A stretch of DNA of 63,022 nucleotides, the filler included, from Dimargaris cristalligena (taxonomy: Eukaryota): the NCBI GenBank assembly GCA_003614675.1. It is 12 parts of 12 records of this genome, joined end to end, with 100 filler letters (N's around TTAATTAATTAA, not from the genome) between each part and the next. Parts side by side here need not be neighbours in the genome. Positions count along the whole stretch, not along the records: positions 21,155 to 26,313 come from ML003675.1; positions 26,414 to 31,567 come from ML003676.1; positions 31,668 to 36,820 come from ML003677.1; positions 36,921 to 42,071 come from ML003678.1; 8 more parts are not named here. One strand, given 5' to 3'. A program made the position numbers and the translations under genes. Below, piece by piece: positions 23,931 through 37,640 of the stretch. The notes under the pieces are model-generated. The model had not been told where the DNA came from. It did not search any database and worked only from the letters and a program-made list of their open reading frames with translations. How positions within the stretch are numbered: position 1 is the first letter of the stretch; every line of letters starts with the position of its first letter.

Positions 23931-26171
23931 GGTAAACTTAATAAACAAGAGGAAGGGGAAGTATGGAGAAGATAAGCGTTGGAGGAATATAACTAGAGTG
24001 TAGCTATAAAAAGGAAGTCGTAAGAAAGGGAAGGTCAGTTTAAGCTAGGCCAAGGTAGGTATGAAGATAAAGCCACACGGAGGTCACAGTGGGAGAGATC
24101 AAAAGACAGAGAAGTAGTGGTGAGAGGCTGATGATTTGGGTAGCCAAGAGATGGGGAGGGAGCGACTATTTATAATTGGGCCTGCGAAAAGCCTGGTAGG
24201 GCGGGGCAAACCAATACGTGGAGAATCCAGTAGCGATCGCTCGGCAATTTACCGGAGGGGCAGCACTACGCGCAGGTTAGAATTGAACGCATCAGCAGGG
24301 GGAAACATGGAGGCAAGAGAAAATAGGTACGGGGGATGCATAGCGGAAAGAGGCCTTGTCCCATTGTAGGCGAGATGGGTCAGGGACACCATTATCCAGC
24401 CCAATCTAGCGAATGACTCGAGTGAACTGGCTATTGTGGGTCTCCAATAGAGCCCCATCAGCCAATAGAGGTGACCCAACCTGCGCGAAGTAAAAGAAAT
24501 ACTGCTATACATCAATAAGCGATGATTACGTTCAAGCGAGTCCCAAAGCACTGTTGAGCCGAGGGACTGTATCGAAGTCGGGGACCCATTACGGCACAGG
24601 GCCCGATGGTCGCTTGAGCAAAATGATTCAACCGATCCCGGCTGGCCTATGATATCCGCCTCTTCCTATCCAATCGGCTTATCGGGAGGTGGCTCATGTT
24701 CATTGAATTTCTCGGTTCCCCGAACAGCCCCTGCACCCCGTTAACCGGAATCTTTCCCTCCCCCCTCTCCTCTCCTCATAAGAGTCGAATGCCTGCATTT
24801 TACTTTGAAGGTGAAATAGGCGGGTAAAAGGTTTAGCGGGACATGCAAGCGGTAGGGACAGGGAAACAGCGAATATTCTTCGCGGAAAACAGAGTATGGG
24901 ACCCCAGCATTACAATCTTTATCATTCGTTAAACCTAGCCGGTGTTATTTACTAGCCGTTGGGCTTCTTTGGCCAATACCACCCCCCTTTCTGTATTTGC
25001 TCCTCCGTCGCCGGATATTACTGTACACCACCACCCAGCTAGCCTTGAAATCCTACCCATACAGACTCCCACTATTTATCAGTTCCATATATCTTGTGGT
25101 GGGTCGTAGTCTAGGGAGCCTGACTACCATCAGAAAGATTGAGAACAAGCCTTTTAACATAAGGCAGTGTGCTGGTAAAACATGTAGACAGGAGATTTGG
25201 CGCAAGTTTAAACATATAGGCACGTAGAACAGATAAACAGAAGATGATGTCTACTAGTAATACATGAGAAGTGAACGATTATAGCATCAAATATTATGTA
25301 TTTTATTAACCAGGGCAGGTGAGCTGTTGGTCTAATAGCGACCGGATTATCACATCCCCGAGCTCAACAAAATGGTATCAAGTTTCTCAAAAAACATTTG
25401 GTTTGAAAGGTGCTTTTAGCAGTGGTGCCCTTATATGGGAGAAAGTATAGTGGTCTACATAAAATTGAATACCGGCTGGTATTACCCCATTTATACACTT
25501 TGCGTTAAATGAACCAAAGCATCGTCCAATTTGTAGTACAGGATAATTTACACCATCCCGACGGTTACCAGCAATCGAGGCTAACCACCCAGAAACCTAG
25601 GTGGAATTTAACCTCGCTGATGAAAACACACCACCAATTGCTCTTGCTATAATCGCCTCCACCAGACAGGCAGCGACCAACTTTGCAGCCCCAATCGACC
25701 AACGGATAGATTCGAGGTATGCAATAAAAACCGGTATATCCTACCCCAAGTTTTTATTATTATAGCAATCAGGTAGACCGTTCCTTCAGAACTCTGGGTT
25801 ACCAAATGGCATACCCTACTATATGTGGGTTACACTAGCCCAGACAAATTACACCTTCCAGTTGGGTAACTAGGATACCCTGGCCCGCTGCTTGGAACTA
25901 CTCATGCATTGGTCTCTGCTCTCTGACATGACTCTTGGAGCTTCCCATTTTACTATACTATATATTAACTATCTTACTAATGTGCACCTAAATGACAATG
26001 TAGTATCCTCCTAAAATAGTCAAAGTATCCAGCTTGCCCACTAGTATTATGGTGTATTTGTCCTCTTCAGCCTACTCCATTAAACGACTAGCTCTTACAC
26101 TAATCATCACCCAAGTTATGCCTTACAAAATTAAAATATACTCTCAGGTCTAAGAAAACAGGACTACTTCA

Positions 26172-26313
26172 TGTTGAAGAATATGTTCCTACATGTTCTT
26201 TATCCTATCCTGGTTTACCTAATTATGTTAGTTTATTCTGCTATCATGAGATCATTTATGTTAGCCACTTATGTTTTACCCTATTGAAATTACAGTTCAA
26301 TAAAACCAACCAC
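26172..26313 (+). mobile_element. Repeat family B (probable LTR, TGTTGAAG start), truncated by contig end
   Basis: Colinear high similarity to 46293-46435; begins TG; contains AATAAA. Confidence 0.7.
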
Positions 26314-27397
26314 NNNNNNNNNNNNNNNNNNNNNNNNNNNNNNNNNNNNNNNNNNNNTTAATTAATTAANNNNNNNNNNNNNNNNNNNNNNNNNNNNNNN
26401 NNNNNNNNNNNNNTGTTCCTACAGCCTTCTTAGTTTTCAGTATTAGGAGCATGTAACTACTCGTTATTATTCTACGCGCTAAAGCTTGCACCCTTTAGAC
26501 TAATGCATTATTACTTGCTGTTTTTATCCAATCACCCATTGATGGCCCAATTAACCACCCACTAGTTTTACATTTCTCCCTGATCGTAACCCTCTGCTTA
26601 TTACCGTCTACCTTTTCCTCAGTTATTTAATTTTCATTACCCTAAGTTTATATGGGTTAGTGACCAATAACTTATATAGATTATTGGCAGGTTTTTATGG
26701 ACACCCACTATCATTTAAAGTGGGCGTGCCTCATAAATCTGTTTTGTAAGAGTACATGGGCTAGACTGACTGCGCAATGTGCTTCATTCGTAAAAATGGT
26801 GGCATTTCGCTGTAAGCAGTCGCGATTCTACCACTGGTGTGACCTTAATCATTCCGAAGCAGCCTTGCGTTGGATTTATTATAAGAGAGAAGCTAGGTCC
26901 ATCGCCTAAAGATAGCAACTGTAACATAAGACGTATATTAAATGGCCAATTTTGGTCATTCCGGCTGGGCCCAGCGTATGGGCTTTTTATTTTAGAGCTG
27001 GGATGAAATTCACCCAAATCCATTTGCCCACCCATCATCCGCCAATCAATACCCTCGATCCTGGTAACATCAACAACAACGGGTCCACAGTCGAAATCAA
27101 AACAACCTCCCTCCTTCCTCAATAAGTCCATTTTATCCTGCCTTTACCCTCCCTCCCCGTGGATACTGTAAATGAACTTCCATAACTTTGGGAGTGTGCT
27201 ATCCCCAGTACTCTATGGTTTAAAGCATAGACAACTGTTAAGACAGCGCTTTCACTTTTCTTTCCTTTACTGGCATCTGTTGAACTTAGCTGCTCCCCTA
27301 TTTCCTTGTATTTTACCCTGTCCAAAGCCCAAATACCTACTCTTTTATTCACCCCCGGCCTACTATAAGAGCTCCCTAACGTTTCTTCTTTGTAAAT

Positions 27398-30300
27398 ATG
27401 GTAGGTTTGATTCGAAGCCACCCTGATTGGCAATATGCCTGAGGCGCAGCCCATTGAAAATCCGACCAGAGAACACTACGATTGCCTCCACTCGACCCGT
27501 ACTCCTCACTCTTTCTCCTTGTGCACCTCGGTAACCTGTACTCTGATCTATTACTACTCTTTACAAACTGACCATGACAGGACCGCAAACGCCAACGCGA
27601 TGAAGGCCCCGCAACCCCGAACCAACCCCCGCCGAGCTCGCCTCTGGCGTCGTCCATCCCCCCTTCCAGTCCCCCTGCCCCATTCTCAGACGATGTCGAC
27701 GATATCCGGCAGGACGCGCAGCTTCTTGATGAAGACGAGGATATCATGCTACTCGACGATGAAGAGGACAACGGCGAGGACCTCTTTGGTCCCGACATGG
27801 ACAAGTAAGTACAGGCCCTTCATTCCGACAATAATTATATTAGCAACCAATAGTTGGTACTGGCATACGTACTCTTAATCATGGATGTACCTTTACGTAG
27901 TATCGTCTATACCTTCAGAGACGGCATGTTTTTCGCCTACGGTGATCCTACTCTTAGCATATATATGTTGAGGCATCCCTAATGTTTATTCCAAGTACTT
28001 GGACCATATATTGCTGATTTTCGGACATTTCATAGTGACTATGGCCAAAACGTCCGCCTAGATCAGTATGACGTCGACGATATCGATGATACTGACTATG
28101 GGAACTACGACCCTGCCCAGCGTGCTGCGGTGGAGGCCAAACTTAATCGCCGTGATGCGGAAGAGGCCCGACTCAACCGGGTTCCCGCTGCGTTTCTCGA
28201 CGATTACGGTAAGTTTTGGAATTAATTCACCGTATTAATGATTCTTATCCTGACCATATTTGACGAGACTGGCATATACCGGAGTTGATTATGCCCATAC
28301 TAATAACTAATCTCTACCCATATCATCCCGCAACCCATGTATATGGTCAATGCAATAATCTAAAATAGACGGCGAAGAGCAGGCCCCTGCTGGTGAACAA
28401 CGTCGCCGCCGTCGCCGAGGCCCTGAACTCCAGTTTGGAATGGGAATGGGAATAGAAGAAGAGGAAAGAGTAAGTATATGTTTATTTTTACCGACCACCT
28501 TGATACTCGATGACAGCATCTATAGCGAAACCCCGTACCTTATTAGCAGTAGTGTATCATTGGTTATATTGACTCAGCCCTGAAACGCGATATTAATCAC
28601 TTTTTGATTCTACTGTACAACCTTTGCTCTATGTATTAGGAAATCACCCTTGACGATCTGAAAGACATGAAAGGCCGGTCTATTGTGGAGTTTATTTCGA
28701 TGCCGGGTCCCCGCCACACCATTCAACGCGAATTCCGCCACTTCTTGCTCTCGTATGTGGACGACAAGGGTTCTTCGGTGTATGGTGAGCGTATCCGCTA
28801 TCTGGGTGAAGTCAACGCGGAGAGTCTTGAAATAAGTTACACCCATTTAGCCGACTCCAAGCCCATCCTGGCCTACTTCCTGGCGAACTCCCCCGCCGAA
28901 ATGCTCCGCCTAATGGACACCGTGGCTTTCGAGGTGGTATTGACGATGTTTCCGGACTACGACCGCATCCACGCCGAGATCCACGTGCGCATCTCCGACC
29001 TCCCTTCCATTTCCAGCCTGCGTGACCTACGCCAGAGCCAGTTAAACTGCCTGGTGCGAATCTACGGTGTAGTTTCCCGGCGCACGGGGGTATTCCCCCA
29101 ACTTAAATATGTCAAGTACGATTGTATGAAGTGCGGTGTTGTACTTGGCCCCTTCTACCAGGACACCCAGAATGAAATCAAGATCGGTTCCTGCTACAAC
29201 TGCCAGTCCAAGGGCCCCTTTTCCATCAATTCTCAGCAAACTGTTTACCGTAACTACCAAAAACTCACTCTCCAGGAATCCCCGGGCACTGTACCGGCGG
29301 GTCGCCTGCCTCGCCACCGCGACATTATTTTGCTTTGGGACATGATCGATTCGGCCAAGCCTGGCGAAGAAATTGAGGTGACGGGTATTTACCGCAACAA
29401 CTTTGACGCCTCCCTGAACACGAAGAATGGATTCCCCGTCTTCGCCACGGTGATTGAAGCCAACCACGTGAGCAAGAAGGAGGATGAATTCGCGGTGTTC
29501 CGTTTGACCGAGGACGACCAACAGATGATTCGGGATTTAGCCCGTGATGAGCGTATCGGCAAGCGCATTGTGAAGAGCATCGCCCCCTCGATCTACGGGC
29601 ACGAAAATATCAAGATGGCCCTGGCCCTAAGCATGTTCGGTGGGGTGCCCAAGGATGTGCGCGGTAAGCTGCGGCTGCGGGGGGATATCAATGTGCTGAT
29701 GCTGGGGGACCCCGGTACCGCCAAATCCCAGTTGCTCAAGTACGTCGAAAAGACGGCCCACCGGGCGGTATTTACAACCGGCCAGGGTGCTTCGGCGGTC
29801 GGACTGACAGCCTCCGTCCGTAAGGATCCCGTCACCCGCGAATGGACTTTGGAAGGTGGGGCCCTGGTGTTGGCCGATAAGGGCGTGTGCCTCATTGACG
29901 AATTCGACAAGATGAATGACTCCGACCGTACGTCCATCCATGAGGCAATGGAGCAGCAAAGTATCTCCATCTCCAAGGCCGGTATCGTCACTTCGCTCCA
30001 GGCCCGCTGTGCGGTAATCGCCGCTGCCAATCCCATCCGGGGTAAATACAACCCCACCATCCCCTTTTCCCAGAACGTGGAACTGACAGAACCCATTCTT
30101 TCCCGGTTCGACGCCCTTTGCGTGGTGCGGGATACGGTGGATCCGGTACGGGATGAACTCTTGGCTAAATTTGTGGTTCAGAGCCATATTCGCTCCCACC
30201 CGGAATACCTGCTGGAACTTAAGGCCCAGGCGCAGGCCCAGCAAATGGCCGCCGAAAACGGGGAGGACGCTGCCATGATCGAAGAGGGTCTGGAGCTCAG

Positions 30301-30928
30301 CAAGGCCCTGGCCTCCATTGTCACTGCGGTGGACCGAGTGGACACCGATGTCATCCCCCAGGACGTGTTACGCAAATACATTATGTTCGCCAAGGACAAG
30401 GTCAGCCCCAAGCTGTACCAGATGGACCAGGACAAGATTGCCCAGTTGTACGCCGAGCTGCGCCGGGAATCCATGAACCACGGCAGTATCCCCATCACGG
30501 TGCGTCACATTGAATCGATGGTGCGGATGTCCGAAGCCCACGCCCGCATGCATTTACGCGATTACGTGCGGAACGACGACATTAACGTGGCGATCCGGGT
30601 GATGCTGGAGAGTTTCATCGGAGCGCAGAAACTCTCGGTCATGAAGGGCCTCCGCCGGTCCTTTGCCAAATACGTCAACCACGGTCGCGATAACGACGAA
30701 TTGCTCTACTACCTCCTGTGCAAAATGCTCAAGGAGAAGCTTACCTTCCACCAGTACCGCAACGACGGATCAATGCCCACTGAACTGACCATTCCGCTCG
30801 TCGAATTCGAGAACCAGGCCAAGGACCTCCAAATCAATGACCCCACCGACTTCTACCAGACGCCTCTGTTCGTCAACAATGGGTTTATACTGGATCGTGA
30901 AGCGGGGACTCTTATTAAGCAATTCTAG
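27398..30928 (+). CDS. MCM2: DNA replication licensing factor MCM2; exons 27398-27400, 27581-27804, 28036-28208, 28369-28469, 28640-30928
   Basis: MCM2 N-terminus (GEDLFG, DY...LDQYD, AVEAKLNRRD), CMKC/CYNC zinc finger, Walker A GDPGTAKSQ, Walker B IDEFDKM, SRFD arginine finger. All four introns are GT-AG with consistent phases. Confidence 0.97.
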
Positions 30929-32161
30929 ATTATACCAAGCCCTGAATACTTATTATTAACCGTGAAATGCTGTAGCATCCGTTTTTATCTGCAACTTAAT
31001 ATAATAAATTAACACTTATACATCTGAACACTACTAGATACCGACCATTATAATTTTTAATCAGAGCTTTACGGTTGAAACCTAATAGCACCCATGTTGC
31101 TTTTTCCAAGAAATTGGCTAGCCAGCCCATGGGACAGCTAGTGAAGTGTATTTGGCAGCATAATAATTGATTGGTATAATGTGTTTACTACATTTAACAG
31201 GCCCCTTATTATTCAATCCAATTATTAGTTTATCCCAACCACACATCCGACTGCTCCATTATGTAATCACAATACAGTAGGTCCATTTTTTTTATAGTGA
31301 TCAGGTGATCATTTCAACCAGCACCCTATCACCTACCTACCCATATACTCGGCTTTACCATTTGGGCTCAAATTACAATGGTTAGTAAGCGGCCACGTTG
31401 TCAGGTTAAAAGCCACACAGTAGCCGATAAGGATTTTCGAGCGACCAAAGGAAATAGGACTTGAAGGGAAAGGTGGCTTTACTGGGTTTTGCTTCTCCAT
31501 TTGCTCATATTTCTTTTATTTATTTTTTTGCTTTTATTCCCCAAGTCATTACCCGGCCCCCCAAGCANNNNNNNNNNNNNNNNNNNNNNNNNNNNNNNNN
31601 NNNNNNNNNNNTTAATTAATTAANNNNNNNNNNNNNNNNNNNNNNNNNNNNNNNNNNNNNNNNNNNNGGGTGGTCCATAAAATGGGGAGGGGGCTAAGTA
31701 GCCAATCACCAATGATCTATAGCCCCCCCCCCCAATCCACCGTTTGACGAGACAGGCAGGGCACGATTGATAAATATTACGAAAAGAGAGGGGGGACTGG
31801 TAAAACAGATTGATCGGGGCAGTTTCCACAAACACTAGTGTGAATTGCACCATATCACTGTCCCCGCACCAATTCCAACGTACCCCCACCGCCGTGCCGG
31901 AGTGATGCCGGGTAGAATGTAGTGCAAAATAGCCCTTACGCACCTCAAGTAATGTAGAGCATTCTATACGACTAGACAACTATTTCACTATATGGCTGCA
32001 CGTACCCAGCTTCTATCATTATATAAACATATCCATTACAGGTAGGGGAGGTCCGCACCGGTACATTCAACGCACAGCATTAGGGGGACGATACTATTAA
32101 ATCAAGCAAAAGAAAACCCAAAAGGGGGCCATCTATTTATAAATTAAGTGATTCACTACTA

Positions 32162-34912
32162 CTAATGCCCATTAAGCCCGGGCGTATCGGAGGGCTGGAC
32201 GGCCAATGGCAGTTGGAAGATACGCTGGTAACCCGGTATCCTGGATTGCATGGCCCCTAGAAGGTAGGTGGCCTTACGGGCGTTGCTCACGTCACTATCC
32301 GGGAGGGTCAGGGACTTGACTCCAATGGCGGGGATGATATGTTCCAGTGCCCCTGTATCAACGTGGCGAATCTCAATGAAGTCCGAATCAAAGGCGTAAA
32401 TGTAAGGGTAGAACACCTGGATATGCTGGGGCCGACCCTCCCACTGAATCACCACATTAGACCGGGAGCGGGACTGGGCCTTGTCCACGAAAAAGGCCAG
32501 GGACTGATAGCAGAGTAGGAATTCGCCCGTGGCCAGTTTGCTCATTAGCAACGGGCGGCCCAGTTCAGCGGGTGGGGGTAAATCAGCGAAGGACGGGTCG
32601 CCGGGGTGGGGTAGGCTATCGTGTCGGCGCAGGTCATTCACATCGATAATCTCAAACGTTTCCTGGCAGGGTACGCTGAGGTGCTGCCGGAACACGGCGA
32701 GGCCGGGGGCGTCGGAGGGGACAAAAAACTCCAATAAACGGACCAGGCCCACCTCGGGCCGGCCCTTCTCCTTGGTGGACCACAGGAGCTTATCGTCCGT
32801 TCGCTTGTTATAATCACTCAGAAATAAGGGACGCGCCAGAATAAATGTGGTTTGCTTGGATTTGGGCTGGCCGAACGCCACCACGGGCCGGCTGGTGGCA
32901 TACCGCCCCACGCTAAAGTGGGCCGCCTTGATGGACAGCTTGCGGCCCTTGAGGCGGTCCCAGAGTTGGGGCTGCTCCAACTCGTGGAGTTGAAACACGT
33001 GGACGTAGCGATCAGATAGAACCAGCAGCTGGTTGAATTCGGCAAAGACATGCATTTGGGTTACGTTCTTAAGTTTGGTGATTTTGAGATAGCCGCCCCG
33101 GCTACGGTCCGAGCCCACAAACAGGCCGTCGTCACAGCCAACCAGAATATACCGCTGTCCCGTGGAAGCGGTAAAGTCGGTGGCACAGTGGACTACACTG
33201 GTGGCCCGGAAGGTATGGTCGCAGATGTGTTGAATCGAGACCTGCTGGGCCAGGGACGATAGTGTCAACTGTTGCTGTCGCCCAATGGATTCGATCCAGG
33301 CCGCCTGTTCCGGCGCACTGGCGGCGTAGAGCGTAAAGAACCCCCCGCATCGGCCCAGACGCTGGAATTGCAACGGGTAGGCCCGACCCACCAGGGGAGT
33401 CAGGGGTGCCGCTGCTTCGCTAAAATCAAACGAGTCGGTGACACCGGAATCACTCTGGGGGGTCACGGTGCCGGGCATAAACGACATGGGCCGGATAGGA
33501 CGACTACAGTCCGTACTTTTGGCGGGCCGGCGGGAAAAAAGAACGCTCGCCCGGTGACTCCGGCCCCCCAGGGGCGGCGACGGGTAGGCCGTAGCACCAT
33601 GGCCGGCGGGGTCGGCGGACGCTCTCGTGGAATCCTCCCCACGCTGCACCGAAAGCAGCGGCAGGGGAATGGGGGGCCGGTAGAGTTGGTAGTAGATCTG
33701 GGTCTGGGACCGGCCCCGCTTGGTGTGCTTACAAACGAGAAGCATATGGTCGAGTAGAAATAGGGTAATTGGACTGCCCGATTTCTTGCGCAGGGTGCCG
33801 ACCTTCAGGACCTGGCGCCGCTTACTGGTGATACCAAGGTACATCCGGTCCGACTCGGCCAGTTGGAGTTGGTTGCGGAGCTTGGTGATAAGAAGTCGCT
33901 CGGAGGCCTGACCCATTTGCAGGTTAACCCGATCCAAGCACCCCTTAACCAACTGGGTCACCTGGGGCAGCAGGGTGCGGTCGGGAGAACTGGCGGGGGC
34001 CCGCTTGACCATCTCTTGAAAGTGCAGCGGGTAACGGGGAAAGCGGGAGGTGGCACGTCCAATAAAATGGCGAATGCCTAGTTTGCGGGCCAGGGGGTTG
34101 TCCTCGCACTCTTTGATAAACGCGGCAAATTGGGGGTTGCGGCCAGTTTCCACCTCGAGAATATAACTGGCCAGTGGTAAATTGGCCGCATAGGTCTCGA
34201 TCGGGACAATGTGCTGGGCCCAGGATAGAAACAAATCCCCCACACCACTCATGATGGGTTGGTTCGCCTGGCGCTCGAGTAGAGCACCCAGGAGCTGCTC
34301 GCTGAGCCGAATGAGCTCGGTGTAATTATGAAAGAGGTGGTCGATGAGGGTATCCAGCTCGGGACGGAGGAAGGTCACGGGGGACCCGCCGTACGCCGCC
34401 GCCAACACGTCAGGGGTCGCATAGAAGCTGACGATACGGGGCCAGGAGGCCCGGAGAGGTTTGATGAAGATGGTGTGAATCAGGCGAAGGTCGGTCAAAT
34501 ACTCCTGTTCTCTGCAAATGGCCTCAAACATCGTTTCCTGCCAATGGATAATTTCGGGCGGGAGGCTTTCCAAAAGCGCGGTCGAAGCGGTTTGGGACCA
34601 GAGGGTGGGGGACCGACTCAGAGACAGGCTGGACTCACTGCCCACCGAAAGGGAGTACGGCATGGCCGGGGCCTGGTTGGCATCCCAAAAGGCCTCGGCC
34701 TCGGTCCGGTCGGACATACTACTGTATAAGGAGCTGCCGCGGTGGCTGGGGGAGTGGTCGGAGTCGGTGGTGCTCCATATGGAGTGGCCGTCGCCCACGG
34801 CCTCGGCCTCCTGCACGGCAGCCTGGAACGCGGCAAAATTGGAGAGGTTCATGTTTTCGCCGGACCCGGCGGAGGGGCCGGACGCTGGGGGGGTCGGAGC
34901 GGCCTGGTTCAT
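32162..34912 (-). CDS. Rho guanine-nucleotide exchange factor, Rom/Rgf type (DH-PH-CNH)
   Basis: DH start QETMFEAICREQEYLTDL and RFPRYPL; PH LFLLDHMLL / YRPPIPLPLL; CNH VGCDDGLF, VTQMHV, EFLLCY, WEGRP, YPYIYAFDSDFIEIRHVDTG. Confidence 0.92.
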   Translation of the reverse strand: MNQAAPTPPASGPSAGSGENMNLSNFAAFQAAVQEAEAVGDGHSIWSTTDSDHSPSHRGSSLYSSMSDRTEAEAFWDANQAPAMPYSLSVGSESSLSLSRSPTLWSQTASTALLESLPPEIIHWQETMFEAICREQEYLTDLRLIHTIFIKPLRASWPRIVSFYATPDVLAAAYGGSPVTFLRPELDTLIDHLFHNYTELIRLSEQLLGALLERQANQPIMSGVGDLFLSWAQHIVPIETYAANLPLASYILEVETGRNPQFAAFIKECEDNPLARKLGIRHFIGRATSRFPRYPLHFQEMVKRAPASSPDRTLLPQVTQLVKGCLDRVNLQMGQASERLLITKLRNQLQLAESDRMYLGITSKRRQVLKVGTLRKKSGSPITLFLLDHMLLVCKHTKRGRSQTQIYYQLYRPPIPLPLLSVQRGEDSTRASADPAGHGATAYPSPPLGGRSHRASVLFSRRPAKSTDCSRPIRPMSFMPGTVTPQSDSGVTDSFDFSEAAAPLTPLVGRAYPLQFQRLGRCGGFFTLYAASAPEQAAWIESIGRQQQLTLSSLAQQVSIQHICDHTFRATSVVHCATDFTASTGQRYILVGCDDGLFVGSDRSRGGYLKITKLKNVTQMHVFAEFNQLLVLSDRYVHVFQLHELEQPQLWDRLKGRKLSIKAAHFSVGRYATSRPVVAFGQPKSKQTTFILARPLFLSDYNKRTDDKLLWSTKEKGRPEVGLVRLLEFFVPSDAPGLAVFRQHLSVPCQETFEIIDVNDLRRHDSLPHPGDPSFADLPPPAELGRPLLMSKLATGEFLLCYQSLAFFVDKAQSRSRSNVVIQWEGRPQHIQVFYPYIYAFDSDFIEIRHVDTGALEHIIPAIGVKSLTLPDSDVSNARKATYLLGAMQSRIPGYQRIFQLPLAVQPSDTPGLNGH

Positions 34913-35801
34913 CGCAGGAGCTTGACGTGTGATTAAGAGCGCGGCACGGGGTGGGGTCCGAAAAGTAGCCTTAGCGGCGGGGGAATAGACACGATGCGGG
35001 GGTCCAACGCCGCAATGATTCAGGGAGAGTTAGGGGGGAATGGTAGTGCGGGGGGCTACGGTATTGGTCAGGTAGCCTACTGAAGTCCAGGGCTCAACAC
35101 GGTGGGCGATTGTGACGTAAGAGATTGGTTGGTTGGTTAAAAGAGAATAAACGGAGGGGGCATTCGAGACATGCTTGGAAAGGGGAATTAGTAAGATACG
35201 GAAGGCTTGGAATAGCACAGAAGGGGGAAGAAAGAGCGGCTGGGAACGGCCCTTTCAATATAGACTGACTCCGCACTTTGCAGTGGGAACCGGCGACCAG
35301 AGAGGGAGGGGCCGCCCTACTGAGTCGATACACGAGCTATAGAGGTTCCTATTGTTGTGCGGGCTGACAATACCATAGAGACAATACTCCACTATATAGT
35401 GTGGTGAAATTGGGCACCACTGCCCCTCGAGTTCCGCCTATATACTTGACTATTGCCGATAAATCAATACATTCCGGGTAATTTCATCCACGCGATCATA
35501 AATAGTTGGCGATAGCACACTGGCCTCGTCACTCGGATCTCCCGCCAGTGTTCGTTGCCTTCCACTCCCGTTGGCGTTGGGGGTGTTTCCCTCGGCCAGC
35601 AATACTCCTTCGGGCTGTCTAACTCAACCGGCCCAAGCGGGGCTCCGTTCGCCACCTGGCCCATTTGTTATCGAGTGATTTAAGGAGGAGCTGAATGGAG
35701 TTGGTTAAAAATTTTGCAGCTGCCATTACCCCTTATCACACACCCATAAATATCCTGTTCCGTTTTTTTCCCTGCAGGAGTCACTTTGTCGTTTAATTTT
35801 C

Positions 35802-36455
35802 TTGACACACAGTTGCTCCCAGCCTTCGCGTTCACGTTTCGGTTCGCCCGGTTCCATTCCGTGTCCCAGCGGTATTTCAATTATATACCCCTCCCTAAAA
35901 TCATCCGGTCCGAACCTCATACATACCCCACTAACTTCTGGTTCACTGCCTCCCGAAACTCTAGCCGAGCTGGCTGCCCATCAAACCAAGCTTACTCGAC
36001 TGGAAACGCGAGTCCGCCGGCGCAATTTATGTGTCGTATTCTGGAGTCTATTGGTACCTCTCTTACTGGCCGGAGCAATCCACTGGGCCCTTTTGCAGAA
36101 CTACGACGCACCTGCGCCGGTTAATGATATGATTTTGAGCTGGGCAAGTAAACGGCAGGCACCCGAGACTATTACCATCACAGTGGTGCCCACCGCCCCG
36201 GCCCTTTCCTGTGAGGTGACTGTGACTGTTCCCGTGACCTCACTATCTTCGCCTGCGGTCGAGTTTGAAGAGGGAAATACCGAAGACTCCGGGGATTTGG
36301 CTAATGAAGCAATGCCTGATGACCACCACGAATATACAAACCCACCGCCACCTGTGGCGAGTAGTATGGGAGCACTTTGGAGCACAGTTTATAGCCTGTG
36401 GTGGCATCAATACCAACAGCTACTGGGCTGGGTAGCCGTACCCCATCCCCAATAA
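35802..36455 (+). CDS. Putative single-pass membrane protein (probably terminal exon; start unresolved)
   Basis: Short coiled-coil, RRR, a hydrophobic stretch VVFWSLLVPLLLAGAIHWAL, then a T/V-rich and acidic tail. No ATG at the ORF start; CAG acceptors nearby. Confidence 0.5.
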   Translation: MTHSCSQPSRSRFGSPGSIPCPSGISIIYPSLKSSGPNLIHTPLTSGSLPPETLAELAAHQTKLTRLETRVRRRNLCVVFWSLLVPLLLAGAIHWALLQNYDAPAPVNDMILSWASKRQAPETITITVVPTAPALSCEVTVTVPVTSLSSPAVEFEEGNTEDSGDLANEAMPDDHHEYTNPPPPVASSMGALWSTVYSLWWHQYQQLLGWVAVPHPQ

Positions 36456-36920
36456 TGGACTTGCCTTGCTTGCGGATGTAGGGTGATGCTCTTTGTTTAT
36501 TTTTATTATATTTCATTTTGCGATTAAAAATGTTTGCGCGATCGGACTTTAATTTAATCCCGCATACGCAAGCGCTTCCCTCTTGCATAATTATTATGAT
36601 GGACAAATGAGAGCCGTATTGTTCCAGGCCCACACCATCCTTATTGCAACCCTCAGAGGGGGCGGACAACCCCGAGTCTGGACGACCCCTCATCTCAACC
36701 AATGAGAACGCTCCATCTAACCCCCTCACTATAGCGGCCCCCTCAGAACAAGCAGCGAACGGCAGTCACTCTACCCAGATACCAGAGATATAGATATAAA
36801 AGAAGTAGCGACTCGCATACNNNNNNNNNNNNNNNNNNNNNNNNNNNNNNNNNNNNNNNNNNNNTTAATTAATTAANNNNNNNNNNNNNNNNNNNNNNNN
36901 NNNNNNNNNNNNNNNNNNNN

Positions 36921-37070
36921 GACACAATTATGGCGTGTTGTGGTTGGGCTGGGGTAACCCGGAGTAATGCAAAGCAGCGATGACTCGAACTGCCGAATGA
37001 TAATTAAGGAGACGCGAAGGGACACGCCAGTAATATTATGTGCGTTAGACAAGGGTCGTAAAACGTCACA
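36921..37070 (-). repeat. Repeat family C terminus (probable LTR end), left copy
   Basis: 150 bp, reverse complement of 41922-42071 with 4 mismatches; inner terminus ...CGTCACA. Confidence 0.9.
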
Positions 37071-37640
37071 GTACGGATTCAACTATTTAAGTTTCGACTT
37101 AATCACTAATAAATAGTTATTTTATAGGGCCGGGCTTCTCTGGTTGAAAGCAAACGGTATGGCCAGTCCCTGTAGCTACCGCTTGACTAACCGTCAACGC
37201 GGTCATGGCATATACTTCCCCTATATACCACCCATTCTCCCACTCAGGTTTTGCACCACAGTAATATGGGCAAAATAGACTCCTTGTCTAGGCTAAAGTA
37301 ACCCATTCGGACTACCCACAACAATACTTCAATATACAATATAGTCCCAGTTCACTACACAATATTAACCTGCCTTCGTTGGCCCAATGCCATTTGCCAT
37401 TCAATACTCATTTACTATACTACTGAATATAAGCCCCCGCCTTCACTGCATTAGTCTTGGACTCTCTAAATTCAATTCTGACATTCCACTTGTTATTGTT
37501 TACTACTGTTCTACTTTTTTTTTAAACCCTCCCCCGTTTTTTTTTGTTTTGGAAACATAGTCGGTCAAAGCTAGGTCAACAACGCCTTCCTTTATCCATA
37601 CTTAGTGCAAGGGCTGGGTATATCCCTTACCCTCGCTGAC

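Noticed and set aside
29042-34936. Many 60-200 aa antisense or overlapping ORFs inside MCM2 and the RhoGEF (also in ADH, MPH1 and the LINE)
   Set aside because: Expected shadow ORFs of GC3-rich coding sequence.
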